DNA of 64,000 bases from a virus: positions 1-64,000 of IMG/VR virus record IMGVR_UViG_3300033489_000003, one strand, 5' to 3'. Of the stretch, positions 39,815-49,432 are shown in pieces. The stretch's first letter is position 1; every line of letters begins with the position of its first letter. The translations under genes and the position numbers were made by a program. Below the pieces are notes generated by a model that saw only the letters and a program-made list of their open reading frames with translations, did no database searches and had not been told where the DNA came from.

Positions 39815-40462
39815 ATGAAACGAATCACAATGGCGCTGCCGCTGGCAGCCGCATCGGTACTGGCTTGCTCGCAGGTTTGGGCCGGAGATACGGCTCCCAC
39901 TGGGGAGCTGCATAACGACCTAGGATCGAAGCACTTGGCCGTCATGCTAGCGGCCGTGCTTCTTCCCGTGCTGGTGAAGTTCTTTGGTAACGAAACGGTC
40001 AAGCTGCCGTATTGGGCCGCGAAACTGCGTGTGGCCGCCGTCATCGTTCTTGGCGCACTCGCGACAGTGGCGGACCAGGTTCAAAACGGCGGTGACTTTT
40101 GGGGCGCCGTCACGGCCGCGCTCATCACGACGGCGCCAGCGCTTCTGATCGAGCTACTGCAAAAGTTCGGCGGTGGCGGAGAAGTCGTAGGGCAGACGGC
40201 GAAGAGCGTAAGGCCGCCGATGTTTCCGCCGGCCTTGATGCTGGTGTTGGCGATTGGAGTGATGGGATGCGCGGCGAAGCCGTACATCTGCCCAATCATC
40301 GAGACGGCTGGAGAGTTGTGCAATTTTTTGGTTGTTCGTCTGCCTGACGGGTCGACGGAACAGGTGCCAAAGTCGGCCGTGATCGGCATGGCGATGAGCG
40401 CGCGCGCGGCAAGATTCGAAGCTGCAAAAGCTGGCGCCTCCGACGCTGGCGCCGACCGATGA
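39815..40462 (+). CDS. multi-pass membrane protein with internal lipobox-like segment (lysis-associated?)
   Basis: Several transmembrane segments, then LAIGVMGC. Confidence 0.55.
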   Translation: MKRITMALPLAAASVLACSQVWAGDTAPTGELHNDLGSKHLAVMLAAVLLPVLVKFFGNETVKLPYWAAKLRVAAVIVLGALATVADQVQNGGDFWGAVTAALITTAPALLIELLQKFGGGGEVVGQTAKSVRPPMFPPALMLVLAIGVMGCAAKPYICPIIETAGELCNFLVVRLPDGSTEQVPKSAVIGMAMSARAARFEAAKAGASDAGADR

Positions 40463-40806
40463 GGCTTCGGCTTCTCGTCGTCGCGCTCGTGCTCGTAGCG
40501 TGCAGCAAGCCGACGCCTACGCCAAATCCTGGCCCGGCGCCGCCGTTGCCGCCGCTGCACCCGCCGACCATGGCTTCGTGCGACAACGCGCAAGAGAGGC
40601 TAGCGCTGCTCGATTGTAGACGCGAAGACGGCTCGCCGTGGGCCAGGACGCCTGCGGGCGCACCGTTCGCGGATGCGTGCAAGCGAGCGCTCGCAGATGG
40701 TCGTTCGTGGGGAAGTAATTGCATCGCGCGCATGGCGTCGTGCTCGGAGCTCGATTGCGCGTTCCGTAGCCAGTGCTGCGGGACAGCCGACGGCGGTGCC
40801 GAATGA
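40459..40806 (+). CDS. Cys-rich lipoprotein
   Basis: Lipobox LVAC. Confidence 0.6.
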   Translation: MRLRLLVVALVLVACSKPTPTPNPGPAPPLPPLHPPTMASCDNAQERLALLDCRREDGSPWARTPAGAPFADACKRALADGRSWGSNCIARMASCSELDCAFRSQCCGTADGGAE

Positions 40807-41645
40807 CGTTCCTCACGGGCGCACATCCTGACCGCCAAGAGTCGCGCGACCGCGACCGAGTCGACTTCAACTACGCTGCGACCAGCGTACCATCTGCGCT
40901 CGAGACTGAGTCAGACTTCATTCAGCCGATCCGGTGGATCCGAGCGCAGCCAAAGTTCCCCGACTGCGTCGGACAGACGTTCGCCGAGATCGTCGACGCG
41001 CTCGGCTACGATGGCAACCTGCCTGAACCTACGTGGGCGTCCGGCGTGTCGATCTGGCGCGACGCTCGCCGCCGGCAAGGGCTCATCGAGGCAATCGAAA
41101 TCGGGACGCGGCTCGAGTACGCGGTCGACAGCCTCGTGCTGCGCGGCTGGGATCCCTACCGCGAAGGCGAAGACTACGACGATATAGAGGCCGGCAAGGG
41201 CGCCGCGCCAGCTGGCGACGATCTCGCTGACGAGATGTTCGCGGACGACAAGCGGCTTGCAAAGGACATCAAGCGGTACCGCATCCTTGGACTCGGGTCG
41301 GGCGTGCTCGACCAGGTCGACGAAGCACTACGGCGCGGTTGGGGCGTCGGCGTAGGAACCGGGCTATCGGATCTATTCCTGAACTACCAACAGCGAACGC
41401 CAGATCAGCCGGAGCACGTTCTTGGGCTCGACTTCATCGGTGGCACCGAGAACGGTCACGCTCAACGAGTTGCTGGACGCGGCACGTACAACGGACGGCG
41501 CAAGTATCTGCTGCAAAATAGCTGGACCGAAAGCTTCGCCGGATGCCATGCGCCCGACGGCGGCTGGCTTCCTGGATGCGTTTGGGCAGACGAGGCCGTG
41601 ATTGTCGGAGCGCACGACGTGCACGTGCTCGAGATTCGCGTCTGA
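40803..41645 (+). CDS. papain-like (C1) cysteine peptidase
   Basis: Q..PDCVG, GHAQ and QNSW catalytic motifs. Confidence 0.78.
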   Translation: MTFLTGAHPDRQESRDRDRVDFNYAATSVPSALETESDFIQPIRWIRAQPKFPDCVGQTFAEIVDALGYDGNLPEPTWASGVSIWRDARRRQGLIEAIEIGTRLEYAVDSLVLRGWDPYREGEDYDDIEAGKGAAPAGDDLADEMFADDKRLAKDIKRYRILGLGSGVLDQVDEALRRGWGVGVGTGLSDLFLNYQQRTPDQPEHVLGLDFIGGTENGHAQRVAGRGTYNGRRKYLLQNSWTESFAGCHAPDGGWLPGCVWADEAVIVGAHDVHVLEIRV

Positions 41646-41660
41646 AGGGGGAGTACCACC

Positions 41661-41845
41661 ATGTCGATCATAGGTATCATTCTCATCATCATCGTCGTTG
41701 GCGTCTTGCTCTACTTGGTCAACTCCGTCATTCGAAGGTCAAGGTGGTGCTGCAAGTCGTCGTGATTCTCGTCTTGCTCATATGGCTGCTTCAGGTGTTC
41801 GGGCTGCTCGGCGGGTCCACGTTCGGGACCGTCCGCGTGCGTTGA
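41661..41845 (+). pseudogene. frameshifted two-helix small membrane protein (Thivi_2564-like)
   Basis: MSIIGIILIIIVVGVLLYLVNSVI in one frame, KVKVVLQVVVILVLLIWLLQVFGLLG in another; GGGGAG RBS. Confidence 0.6.
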
Positions 41846-42119
41846 GACAGCGCCGCAAGCCCGGCACCGGCTGCGTGACGAAGCGCGGGCCGCGGCGCTG
41901 GGTAGCGTTTGAGCCGAGGCACGGCGGACACGCGGCGCGGCAGGTTCGCATAGCAACACGCCGGACGAGGCGCGCGGCTACGGCGGCGCTTGAAGCGTGG
42001 CTGAATCGGCGCGGTCGGATCGTGACGCGATCCTCATAGTTTCAATACGCATTTCACGTAGACGCATCGACCTCGGGGGAGGCCACTGAGTTGTCCGCAA
42101 CAGGTACAGGAGAAGTTCC

Positions 42120-42809
42120 ATGAGTGCATTGTCAACGGCGTTCGTAACGAACCTGCTGAACCACTATTTCCAGAACGCCGACCATGCGAATATCGGTGAT
42201 GCTGCCGGGATCCAGAACAGCACGGCGGCGGGCAGCTTTTACCCCGCACTGCATTCTGCGGATCCAGGAGACGCCGGCTCTCAGAACACGAGCGAGATCA
42301 CGTACACTGGGTACGCGCGTCCAGCGATCGCGCGAAGCGCAGGCGGATTCTCTACGTCTGGCAAAACCGTAAGCCCTGTCGCTGAAATCAGCTTCGGCAA
42401 GCGCACGGACGTAGGGTCTACGACCGCATTCTTTTGGTCGATCGGCACGGACGTGTCGGGCGCTGGTAACCTGATTCTTCGCGGCGGCATCGGTCCTGCT
42501 CCAACGCCGTTCACTGCTGCGATAAGCGATACCGTGACGTCGAACGCGCACGGCATGATCGTCGATGACCGCGTCGTATTCTGGCAGTACGAGGCGGGCT
42601 CTCTGCCAACCGGCATAACGGAGGGCACGGTCTACTGGATCAAGACGGCGCCAGACGCCAACACGTTCACGGTGTCGACCACGCAGGGCGGCGCGACGCT
42701 CGACATCACGGCAGTCGGAAACGGAACGGTGCAGCGCATCACGCCCATCACGATCACGCAGAACGTTCGGCCTGTGCTCGAGACCGGCACGACGATTCGG
42801 TTGCAGTAG
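42120..42809 (+). CDS. virion fibre-associated structural protein
   Basis: NLLNHYF...YPALHSADPG...YTGYAR. Confidence 0.7.
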   Translation: MSALSTAFVTNLLNHYFQNADHANIGDAAGIQNSTAAGSFYPALHSADPGDAGSQNTSEITYTGYARPAIARSAGGFSTSGKTVSPVAEISFGKRTDVGSTTAFFWSIGTDVSGAGNLILRGGIGPAPTPFTAAISDTVTSNAHGMIVDDRVVFWQYEAGSLPTGITEGTVYWIKTAPDANTFTVSTTQGGATLDITAVGNGTVQRITPITITQNVRPVLETGTTIRLQ

Positions 42810-42811
42810 TC

Positions 42812-43663
42812 GTGCTTCTCCTTGCTAGCACGAGCGACCTGCTCCGCGTCACCACAGGCCAGGCCGTATCTTCGGTCCACGTGCACGCGTCGTGGGTCGA
42901 CATGCTCGCCGCAGCCGTCACGCCTGGCCGGACCAACACGCCCCCGATCACCACGGCCACGACGACGACCGTCGTCGCATCGCCAGCCGCAAGCACGTTC
43001 CGCACCGTCAAGACGCTCACCGTCCGGAACACGCACGCGTCATCGTCCGTCGACGTGACGGTAGTGCACACCGACGGCACGAACGCGATGGAGCTAGTCA
43101 AAGCGACGCTTTCGGCTGGCGACTCTCTCCACTACGACGAGCACAACGGCTTCACCGTGCGGGACAACCGCGGCCGCGTCATCATGCGGAGCGACGGCTT
43201 CGTGGCGGCAGCCGTTCAGTCGCTCAACACGGTCATTCTGGCGTCCGACGTCACCAATAACAACGCCGTCGCGAACACGATCGCGAACGTGACGGGGCTA
43301 GCCTTTCCGACGTCACCGAACGAGACCTACTGGTTCGAGTTCGTCATCGCCTACACTTCCGCCGCAACGACGACCGGCTCCCGTTGGTCGATCACCGGGC
43401 CGTCGTCGCCATCGCTGCTCCACTATCGCAGCGAATACACGCTCGCTGCGACGACGACGAGCCTGAACTCAGCGACTGCATATGACATTCCAGCCGCGTG
43501 CAATGCGACCAGTCTAACCGCCGGCAACATCGCGACGCTCTGGGGCATCATCCGAACCGCTGGCACTGGCGGCGACGTGACGGCGCGATTCGCGTCGGAG
43601 GTCGCCTCGAGCGCCATCGTCGCCAAGGCCGGCTCGGCTTGCCGTTGGATGCGCACGCTCTAA
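42812..43663 (+). CDS. putative virion structural protein
   Basis: Thr/Ala-rich beta protein in the operon. Confidence 0.62.
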   Translation: MLLLASTSDLLRVTTGQAVSSVHVHASWVDMLAAAVTPGRTNTPPITTATTTTVVASPAASTFRTVKTLTVRNTHASSSVDVTVVHTDGTNAMELVKATLSAGDSLHYDEHNGFTVRDNRGRVIMRSDGFVAAAVQSLNTVILASDVTNNNAVANTIANVTGLAFPTSPNETYWFEFVIAYTSAATTTGSRWSITGPSSPSLLHYRSEYTLAATTTSLNSATAYDIPAACNATSLTAGNIATLWGIIRTAGTGGDVTARFASEVASSAIVAKAGSACRWMRTL

Positions 43664-43664
43664 C

Positions 43665-45350
43665 ATGGCTCGCCCCGGCGCATTCGACCGGCTGCTCGTT
43701 GCCGACGAGTGGTTCGACGAAGATGCCACGCCAGACTTCGCCGCTGAGTTCGCCGAGGCCGGCGGTGGCGAGGACGAGACCGTCATCGATGAGCCGGCGA
43801 CCGCGAATGCCGCGGCGACAGCTGACGGCGTCGCGCAAGCGGCCGTTTCAATCCCGGTCGAGGCCGGTTGCGAATCTGCCGCGGCCGGAGTCGCGCAAGC
43901 GGCTCAATCGGTGGCGGCCGTATCGGCCGGCGATGCGGAAGCGACAGCGGCGCCACGCGTCGACAATTCGGTAGCGTCCGAAGCTGCCGTAGCCTCCCAA
44001 GCGCTCGGAACTGGGCAGGCGGTAAGTTCGGCGGCGCCAACAACGTCGGCGGTGAGTTTCGTGGCCACGCTCGGCGGCGCCGATGTACCTGTTACGGTTG
44101 CAGCCGTTGCGGCGACGGCGGCCACGTCGTCTTGGCTGCTCGATCTGCCGCAGTCCGGCGCCGCGAGCTCCATCGCCTCCGCTTCGGCGGCGGAGCGCGC
44201 AGACGTCTCGGTGGCGGTGGCGGCTTCGGCCGAGTCTACATCCTCCGCGGATGGCACGGCGAACGCCAGCGCGGCCCCACAGACGGGCGGCGCGGCGTCG
44301 GCGTTCGGGTCAGGCGCCCAAGACCTTACGGCGGCACCGGCGGCCGTCTCGGCGTCTGGAGCGGCAGGCGCCGGGGCTCTACTTGTACCAGGCATCGGCG
44401 AGGCCGCGGCGGCTTCGCATGCGGCCGGCGCTGGCGCATCTACCTACGCATCGTCGCCAGCACTATCGGCGGCGTCGAGCACATCCGCCGACCATACCGC
44501 GCACGCTTACGTTTATGGATCTGCGGCTGGCGCCGAGAGCTCCGCATACGCGCAGGGGTCGGCGGTCAGGTCAGAATCGCCAAGCGTTGGCGGAGTAGCG
44601 ACCGCAACGGCGGCGCCGACTGGCGTTGCATCGTCTGCCGCTGAGGCAATCTGTCAGGCCAGCGGAGCGTCGTCGGCCCGCGCGGACGAGTACGCTGCGC
44701 CTGTTCTGCATGCTGCCTCGACGGCAAGTGCGGATTCCACTTCTAACCTTACGGCGGCGCCGGTAAACGGATCCACTTCGTCCGCGCACGCGATGGCAGC
44801 TCTAGCGCTGCCGATTGCGCCGGCCGCGGTAGGACCAAGCGCAGCTTACGGCACCAGTCTCGTCGAGCTCGTCGTCGCGCTCGACGCGCTATCGGTCCTG
44901 TCCGCCGAAGCCGTTGGCGGGGCATACGTAAGCCCAGCGCCCGAAATGTTCTCGGCAGCGCTCGCGTTCGCTGCTGCCGAGGGACTAGCGGACGTGCCCG
45001 GCGCGGCACACGCCACGTCCTCCGCGTTCGCGATCGGGAGATCCGACTCGTATCTGCCTTACGCGAGCGCTCCAGCCGCGCGCCGCATGACAGTGCACCG
45101 AGAGCGCCGCCAGTCCGCCGTCTTGGCTGAAGAGCGATCGACGGCGGCTACGGCCGAATACCGCACGGCTTCTGTCGCGGCAGAAATTCGAAGCGTCGTC
45201 GCGCTCGCCACAACGGGCATACGTATAGAAGTGCCAGCAGAGCGGCGCCGCGTCGTCGTTGCAACTGAACCGAGACGCACAGATGTGCCGCGAGAACCGC
45301 GCCGCTATAGCGTGTCGCGCGAACGGAGAAGCATCCAGGTGTCTCCATGA
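43665..45350 (+). CDS. Ala/Ser-rich fibre-like protein
   Basis: Low-complexity periodic Ala/Ser; C-terminal AE.R repeats. Confidence 0.6.
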   Translation: MARPGAFDRLLVADEWFDEDATPDFAAEFAEAGGGEDETVIDEPATANAAATADGVAQAAVSIPVEAGCESAAAGVAQAAQSVAAVSAGDAEATAAPRVDNSVASEAAVASQALGTGQAVSSAAPTTSAVSFVATLGGADVPVTVAAVAATAATSSWLLDLPQSGAASSIASASAAERADVSVAVAASAESTSSADGTANASAAPQTGGAASAFGSGAQDLTAAPAAVSASGAAGAGALLVPGIGEAAAASHAAGAGASTYASSPALSAASSTSADHTAHAYVYGSAAGAESSAYAQGSAVRSESPSVGGVATATAAPTGVASSAAEAICQASGASSARADEYAAPVLHAASTASADSTSNLTAAPVNGSTSSAHAMAALALPIAPAAVGPSAAYGTSLVELVVALDALSVLSAEAVGGAYVSPAPEMFSAALAFAAAEGLADVPGAAHATSSAFAIGRSDSYLPYASAPAARRMTVHRERRQSAVLAEERSTAATAEYRTASVAAEIRSVVALATTGIRIEVPAERRRVVVATEPRRTDVPREPRRYSVSRERRSIQVSP

Positions 45351-45628
45351 TCGGCAACTTCGGCAAAGACCCAGACGCTACCCTAGACTACACGATCGAC
45401 TGGTCGGCGTGGCTCGCTACCGGCGAAACTATCGTCATATCGACGTGGGCGATCGCCCCGTCAGGACCGACGAACACCGGCGAAAGCTTCAGCGCGAGCG
45501 CCGCCACGATATGGCTGTCTGGCGGGACCGTTGGCAAGAAATACAGGATCACGAATTCGATCACTACGTCGTCCGTGCCGCCACGCGTCGACAACCGGTC
45601 GTTTCAGATTGCAGTAGAGGATAGATGA
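45347..45628 (+). CDS. fibre adaptor-like protein
   Basis: KDPDATLDYTIDWSAWL...WLSGGTVG. Confidence 0.7.
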   Translation: MIGNFGKDPDATLDYTIDWSAWLATGETIVISTWAIAPSGPTNTGESFSASAATIWLSGGTVGKKYRITNSITTSSVPPRVDNRSFQIAVEDR

Positions 45629-46428
45629 CCACACCAAGAACTCTACGCGCAGGCATGCTAGGCGACGACGTTGCGGATTGGCAGCTGCAACTAGGAATCT
45701 TCCCGACGGGTCGCTTCGACCTCAACACCGAGACGATGACGAAGATGTGGCAGAGCGCGCACGGCTTGATGCCGGACGGGTACGTCGGTCCGCTCACGCG
45801 AGCGAAGATGGCCTCGACCGCGACGGTTCCGCCGCGGCCTGTGTCGCCACCGATCATGACGGCAAAGCCGGCTGAGTTCATCGCGGCAAAGAACTTCACG
45901 CGCGGCCGATACGGTACGCAGCCATCCGTGATCGTGATCCATTCAATGGAATCACAAGAAAAGCCGAACACCGCGCGCAACGTGGCGCTTTGGTTCGCTG
46001 GCGCGACGGCGCCGCAAGCCTCTGCTCACTTCAACGTAGATGCCGACGAGATTGTCCAGTGTGTCAATACTACCGACATGGCCTGGGGAGCACCTGGGGC
46101 GAATCGACAAGGCATCCACATCGAGCACGCTGGGCGCGCTTCGCAGACCGCGGAGCAATGGGCGGACGCGTACTCCGATGCGATGCTGCGCCGCTCCGCC
46201 GTGCTGGTCGCGGACCTGTGCCGCCGCCACGGCATCGCGATCAAGCGGATCGGGCCTGAGGAATTGAAGTCAGGCGCGCGTGGGATTTGTGGCCACGACA
46301 CAGTGTCGAAGGCATTCCCAGTAAAGGGCGGTCACACAGACCCTGGCCCCAACTTCGATTGGGCCAGATACATCGACCTCGTCATGACCGCCGATGGCAT
46401 GGGCGAGAAGCCCAACGTGGGCGCGTGA
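45625..46428 (+). CDS. endolysin: peptidoglycan-binding domain plus N-acetylmuramoyl-L-alanine amidase
   Basis: GDDVADWQ..LG...WQSAHGLMPDGYVGPLT; IVIHSME, ASAHF, IHIEH, ICGH, HTDPG. Confidence 0.9.
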   Translation: MTTPRTLRAGMLGDDVADWQLQLGIFPTGRFDLNTETMTKMWQSAHGLMPDGYVGPLTRAKMASTATVPPRPVSPPIMTAKPAEFIAAKNFTRGRYGTQPSVIVIHSMESQEKPNTARNVALWFAGATAPQASAHFNVDADEIVQCVNTTDMAWGAPGANRQGIHIEHAGRASQTAEQWADAYSDAMLRRSAVLVADLCRRHGIAIKRIGPEELKSGARGICGHDTVSKAFPVKGGHTDPGPNFDWARYIDLVMTADGMGEKPNVGA

Positions 46429-46433
46429 CGCAA

Positions 46434-46640
46434 ATGACCATGGCTGTACGCGCTGAACTCTCGCTCGAGATGCGAGTCAAAGTTCTTGAGGCTGACGTGA
46501 CGCTGCTCGTCAACTACGTCCGGGAACTCGCCAAGGAACGCGTGTCGCCAGAGACGCGAAAACGCATAGAGGACGAGTACGAGCAGTGCCGCTGCGAACT
46601 CGCGGATCTGATCGCGTCTCAGCCGAGCGGCAGCGTCTGA
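46434..46640 (+). CDS. hypothetical protein
   Basis: Short helical ORF after the endolysin. Confidence 0.5.
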   Translation: MTMAVRAELSLEMRVKVLEADVTLLVNYVRELAKERVSPETRKRIEDEYEQCRCELADLIASQPSGSV

Positions 46641-46715
46641 ATCACCGCGCCGCATAGGCGCTCCGTAAGCAAAAGCGTTTCACCACCGTGGGGGGATGGA
46701 TGGAGCCTGGCCCCC

Positions 46716-47516
46716 ATGAGAACAATTCTATTTGTCGTGTGCGCGTTGTTCCTTTTCGGTTGCTCTGGTGCCGACGTGGAAAGCGTCGAGTCAACGCAAT
46801 CACCGCTCGTCACCTACAGGACCGCGGTCAACGGATGGACCAATCTGCCGGCGGCCTCGCAGTACTACTGCCACACGACCAGCATGCGGGCGACTGGCGG
46901 TCACGCCGGAGCCGTGGTCTTTAACGGTGGCCTTGGCCAGATGGTCCCGGCGGCTGGCGCGGCGTTCGGCGGAGACACGAGCGCCATCGCGGCTATCCCG
47001 TACAACACCGCGCTCGGCACCTCGACCCAGGATGTGCAATGCGACTCGTGGTCGAACTTTCATGGATCGGGCGGGGCAATCGCCGGTCGTTACTGGCTAA
47101 GTTGGTCTGGCACCGGCATGCTGTCTGCGGTATCGGGCAGCATTGGGGCTTACTACCAGGACTCGGTGTGCGGACTATCGGGAGCGTGGAGCATGTCCCA
47201 TGCGTCCGAGAAGACCGACATCGACGTAACGAGCAACCAATGGCTCTACACGCTGAACGCCACGGGCTTTCGAGAGCTATCGGCACAGACGACTTGCGCG
47301 TGGCTCGGGCGTCCGCTCTACGGGCAGGAATGGATCACCGCGACCACTGCCTCATCGCCGTTCAGCAGCTACAGTTCGGCGAGCGGCGTGTGTTTGGTCA
47401 TGGCGATAACGGGCAATTTGGATGATGGGTCAGTATCGATCATCGGCGGATCGCAGATGCGGCTAGAAATCACCGGACAGGTCACCGGTGCAAAGGCCAT
47501 GTGCTTTCCGAAGTGA
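46716..47516 (+). CDS. Cys-containing lipoprotein (paralogue of 57912-58763)
   Basis: Lipobox LFGC; shared Cys pattern and GNLDD motif. Confidence 0.7.
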   Translation: MRTILFVVCALFLFGCSGADVESVESTQSPLVTYRTAVNGWTNLPAASQYYCHTTSMRATGGHAGAVVFNGGLGQMVPAAGAAFGGDTSAIAAIPYNTALGTSTQDVQCDSWSNFHGSGGAIAGRYWLSWSGTGMLSAVSGSIGAYYQDSVCGLSGAWSMSHASEKTDIDVTSNQWLYTLNATGFRELSAQTTCAWLGRPLYGQEWITATTASSPFSSYSSASGVCLVMAITGNLDDGSVSIIGGSQMRLEITGQVTGAKAMCFPK

Positions 47517-47749
47517 TTGATCCACCTGAACCCGGAAGCCTGCTCGAACATCTCTGCGGCCAGGTCACTCTCGAAAGCTGCGTCGCGTGCGAGAACGTCG
47601 CCGCTCAAGGTGAGGTCTGCGAACTGTGCCAAGGCGCCGGCATGACGACGGTCGAGCGTAACGACAAGTGGCGCGTTGCGCACGGCATGACGCCTCAACG
47701 TGGTCCACTTCCGCCAATGGCCGACCCGCCGACGATACCGCCTAAGTAA
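47513..47749 (+). CDS. small Zn-finger protein
   Basis: CVAC...CELCQG. Confidence 0.5.
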   Translation: MIDPPEPGSLLEHLCGQVTLESCVACENVAAQGEVCELCQGAGMTTVERNDKWRVAHGMTPQRGPLPPMADPPTIPPK

Positions 47750-47781
47750 CGGTTCCAAGAATCCGCAACAACGCATCATCC

Positions 47782-47835
47782 GCCGTCCACTGCGCCGGTC
47801 CGACTCCTATCGGCCTGCGCAGGGGACGGCTTTTT
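47782..47835 (+). terminator. rho-independent terminator ending the late operon
   Basis: GCCGTCC..CTGCGC / GCGCAG..GGACGGC stem followed by TTTTT. Confidence 0.6.
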
Positions 47836-47905
47836 GCGTTTGTTCCCAAAGATCGATCTCACAACGGCTCGCTCGACTCGAATGTGATCGTGAGGCCGTG
47901 ACTGG

Positions 47906-48109
47906 TTACGGCAACCCGCACCACAGCGCGTCGATTCCGCGCCGCACAACCTCCGAGCGCGAGCACCCCCACTTTTGGGCCAGCACTCCGATCAGGATCG
48001 CGACCGTGGGGTGCAGCGAAAACGACGCGACGACCGTCTTACCTTCCGCGCGCCGCTTCTCCTGCGTCCACGTTTCGCCGTGGCTGGCCTTTTTGCTACG
48101 CTTCTTCAC
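47906..48109 (-). CDS. ribbon-helix-helix (CopG-like) regulator
   Basis: VASFSL...LAQKWGCSRSEVVRRGI; GGAGG RBS. Confidence 0.7.
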   Translation of the reverse strand: MKKRSKKASHGETWTQEKRRAEGKTVVASFSLHPTVAILIGVLAQKWGCSRSEVVRRGIDALWCGLP

Positions 48110-48185
48110 GGTCGATCCTCCTATCAGGGTTGGCCCACGGCCCCGGGAGGTGTCTGCCTCGCCGGGGCCACCTCGTGGGGACGAT

Positions 48186-48419
48186 TTACTCGGCTGCCCA
48201 GCGCGCCGTTACATCGGCCTCGCCAGCGGCCGCCGCCCAATCCGATCGGCGGGACCAAGTGCCGCCAAGCACTGCGTGCAACAGGTCGCGCACCTCGCCG
48301 TCGTCGGCGTCACCAGGCTGCGAGACGAGAGCCTCCTTGCCGTCCACCTTCGCCTCGATGCCGTCGCCGAGGTAGGTCCACTCACCAACCACGTCACCCG
48401 CCTTTGCCGCGGTGGTCAT
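48186..48419 (-). CDS. hypothetical protein
   Basis: ATGA-coupled ORF. Confidence 0.5.
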   Translation of the reverse strand: MTTAAKAGDVVGEWTYLGDGIEAKVDGKEALVSQPGDADDGEVRDLLHAVLGGTWSRRSDWAAAAGEADVTARWAAE

Positions 48420-48676
48420 AGCGCCACCGTCGTCCCCGCCGGGAACACCAGCGTGGAGCACCCGAGACCGAGGGCGAGCGTCGAAATCTGCCCGCGGATG
48501 CGGAGCCGGTCGGCCTCGGACACCCATCGGCCCTCCCACTGAGAGGCCTCCGACTCACTGAGCAGGTACCGGCCGGCCGATCGCGCCGCAGCGGCATCGG
48601 TCAGCCGCGCGACCTCCGTACGACTCGCCTGGCCGAGTAGTTCGACTTGCTCGCTGCCGTGATTGTATTTGCTCAT
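48416..48676 (-). CDS. hypothetical protein
   Basis: AAGGAG RBS; first gene after a sigma70-like promoter. Confidence 0.55.
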   Translation of the reverse strand: MSKYNHGSEQVELLGQASRTEVARLTDAAAARSAGRYLLSESEASQWEGRWVSEADRLRIRGQISTLALGLGCSTLVFPAGTTVAL

Positions 48677-48722
48677 CTGCCTATCTCTCCTTGGAGGCGG
48701 TGTCTGCCGCCTCACAACACTC

Positions 48723-48750
48723 AAGATATCACCGCTATTAGCGGTGTCAA
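48723..48750 (-). promoter_or_regulatory. sigma70-like promoter TTGACA-N16-TATCTT with an embedded 17-bp palindromic operator
   Basis: CACCGCTA-T-TAGCGGTG at 48730-48746 spans the spacer. Confidence 0.7.
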
Positions 48751-48977
48751 GACTGTTGTGTCGATTATTCGTAAGTGCTTGAAACCACATGATATTACTC
48801 AGCGCCAGCTGGCGCCGTGACGATCGCTTCGGCCGCGTCCTCGACGCTCGCGATCGGTCCATCTGTGCCCCCTTGCTGACCACGCTAGCGCCGTGTTCGT
48901 GCGCTCGTCTACCCCTCACGGCGTAGCGATACTGTGGCGTAATCGCCGCTACCCAAACGTACTTACCGCCGGGACTT

Positions 48978-49202
48978 TCAGCCGCCTTCGCCTTCGGGTG
49001 AGGGCGGCTTTTTTGCGTTTGGTGCTTCGAGTGCTGCGCGCATCATGTCGGCGGCGCCGGCTTGGCCAACGGCCTCGACGTTTCGGATCCACTGCGCGAT
49101 CGCCGTTCGGAAGCGCTCGGTTTCTTCGCGGAGACTGTCGATCTCCGCGCGCAAGTGCGCCGGCCCTTTGCGAAACATCGCGTACCATTCCTCGTCGTTC
49201 AT
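48978..49202 (-). CDS. hypothetical protein
   Basis: MNDEEWYAM..., ATGA-coupled. Confidence 0.45.
   Translation of the reverse strand: MNDEEWYAMFRKGPAHLRAEIDSLREETERFRTAIAQWIRNVEAVGQAGAADMMRAALEAPNAKKPPSPEGEGG
48980..49014 (+). terminator. rho-independent terminator
   Basis: AGCCGCCTTCGCC-TTCG-GGTGAGGGCGGCT followed by a T run. Confidence 0.7.
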
Positions 49203-49432
49203 TGTTCGGCCTCGTTCTCCGCGCACGCTTTCGGTTTGAGCCGTCGGCCACCAGCTATTTGGTTGAATCGCTTTAGCAGGTCGAGCCGCTTGAATTCGAG
49301 ATGAACGTTTTGATTGCGAAACGCCTTGAACCGAAACAGCGGAGTCTCCCCACGTCCTTCCCTTCCGCTCTGACCGATCGCCGTCTCCACCGCCACTCGA
49401 CGCCGTCGTGAGACGCCGCCATTGCGCCAGAA
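49199..49432 (-). pseudogene. C-terminal remnant of a DUF4942-like protein
   Basis: GETPLFRFKAFRNQNVHLEFKRLDLLKRFNQIAGG. Confidence 0.5.

Noticed and set aside
49236-49334. Recurring TTGAA/TTGAG motifs near cysH as a mini CRISPR array
   Set aside because: Most fall in frame with Phe-Lys/Phe-Asn/Leu-Lys codons of the - strand DUF4942-like remnant; there is no full repeat.
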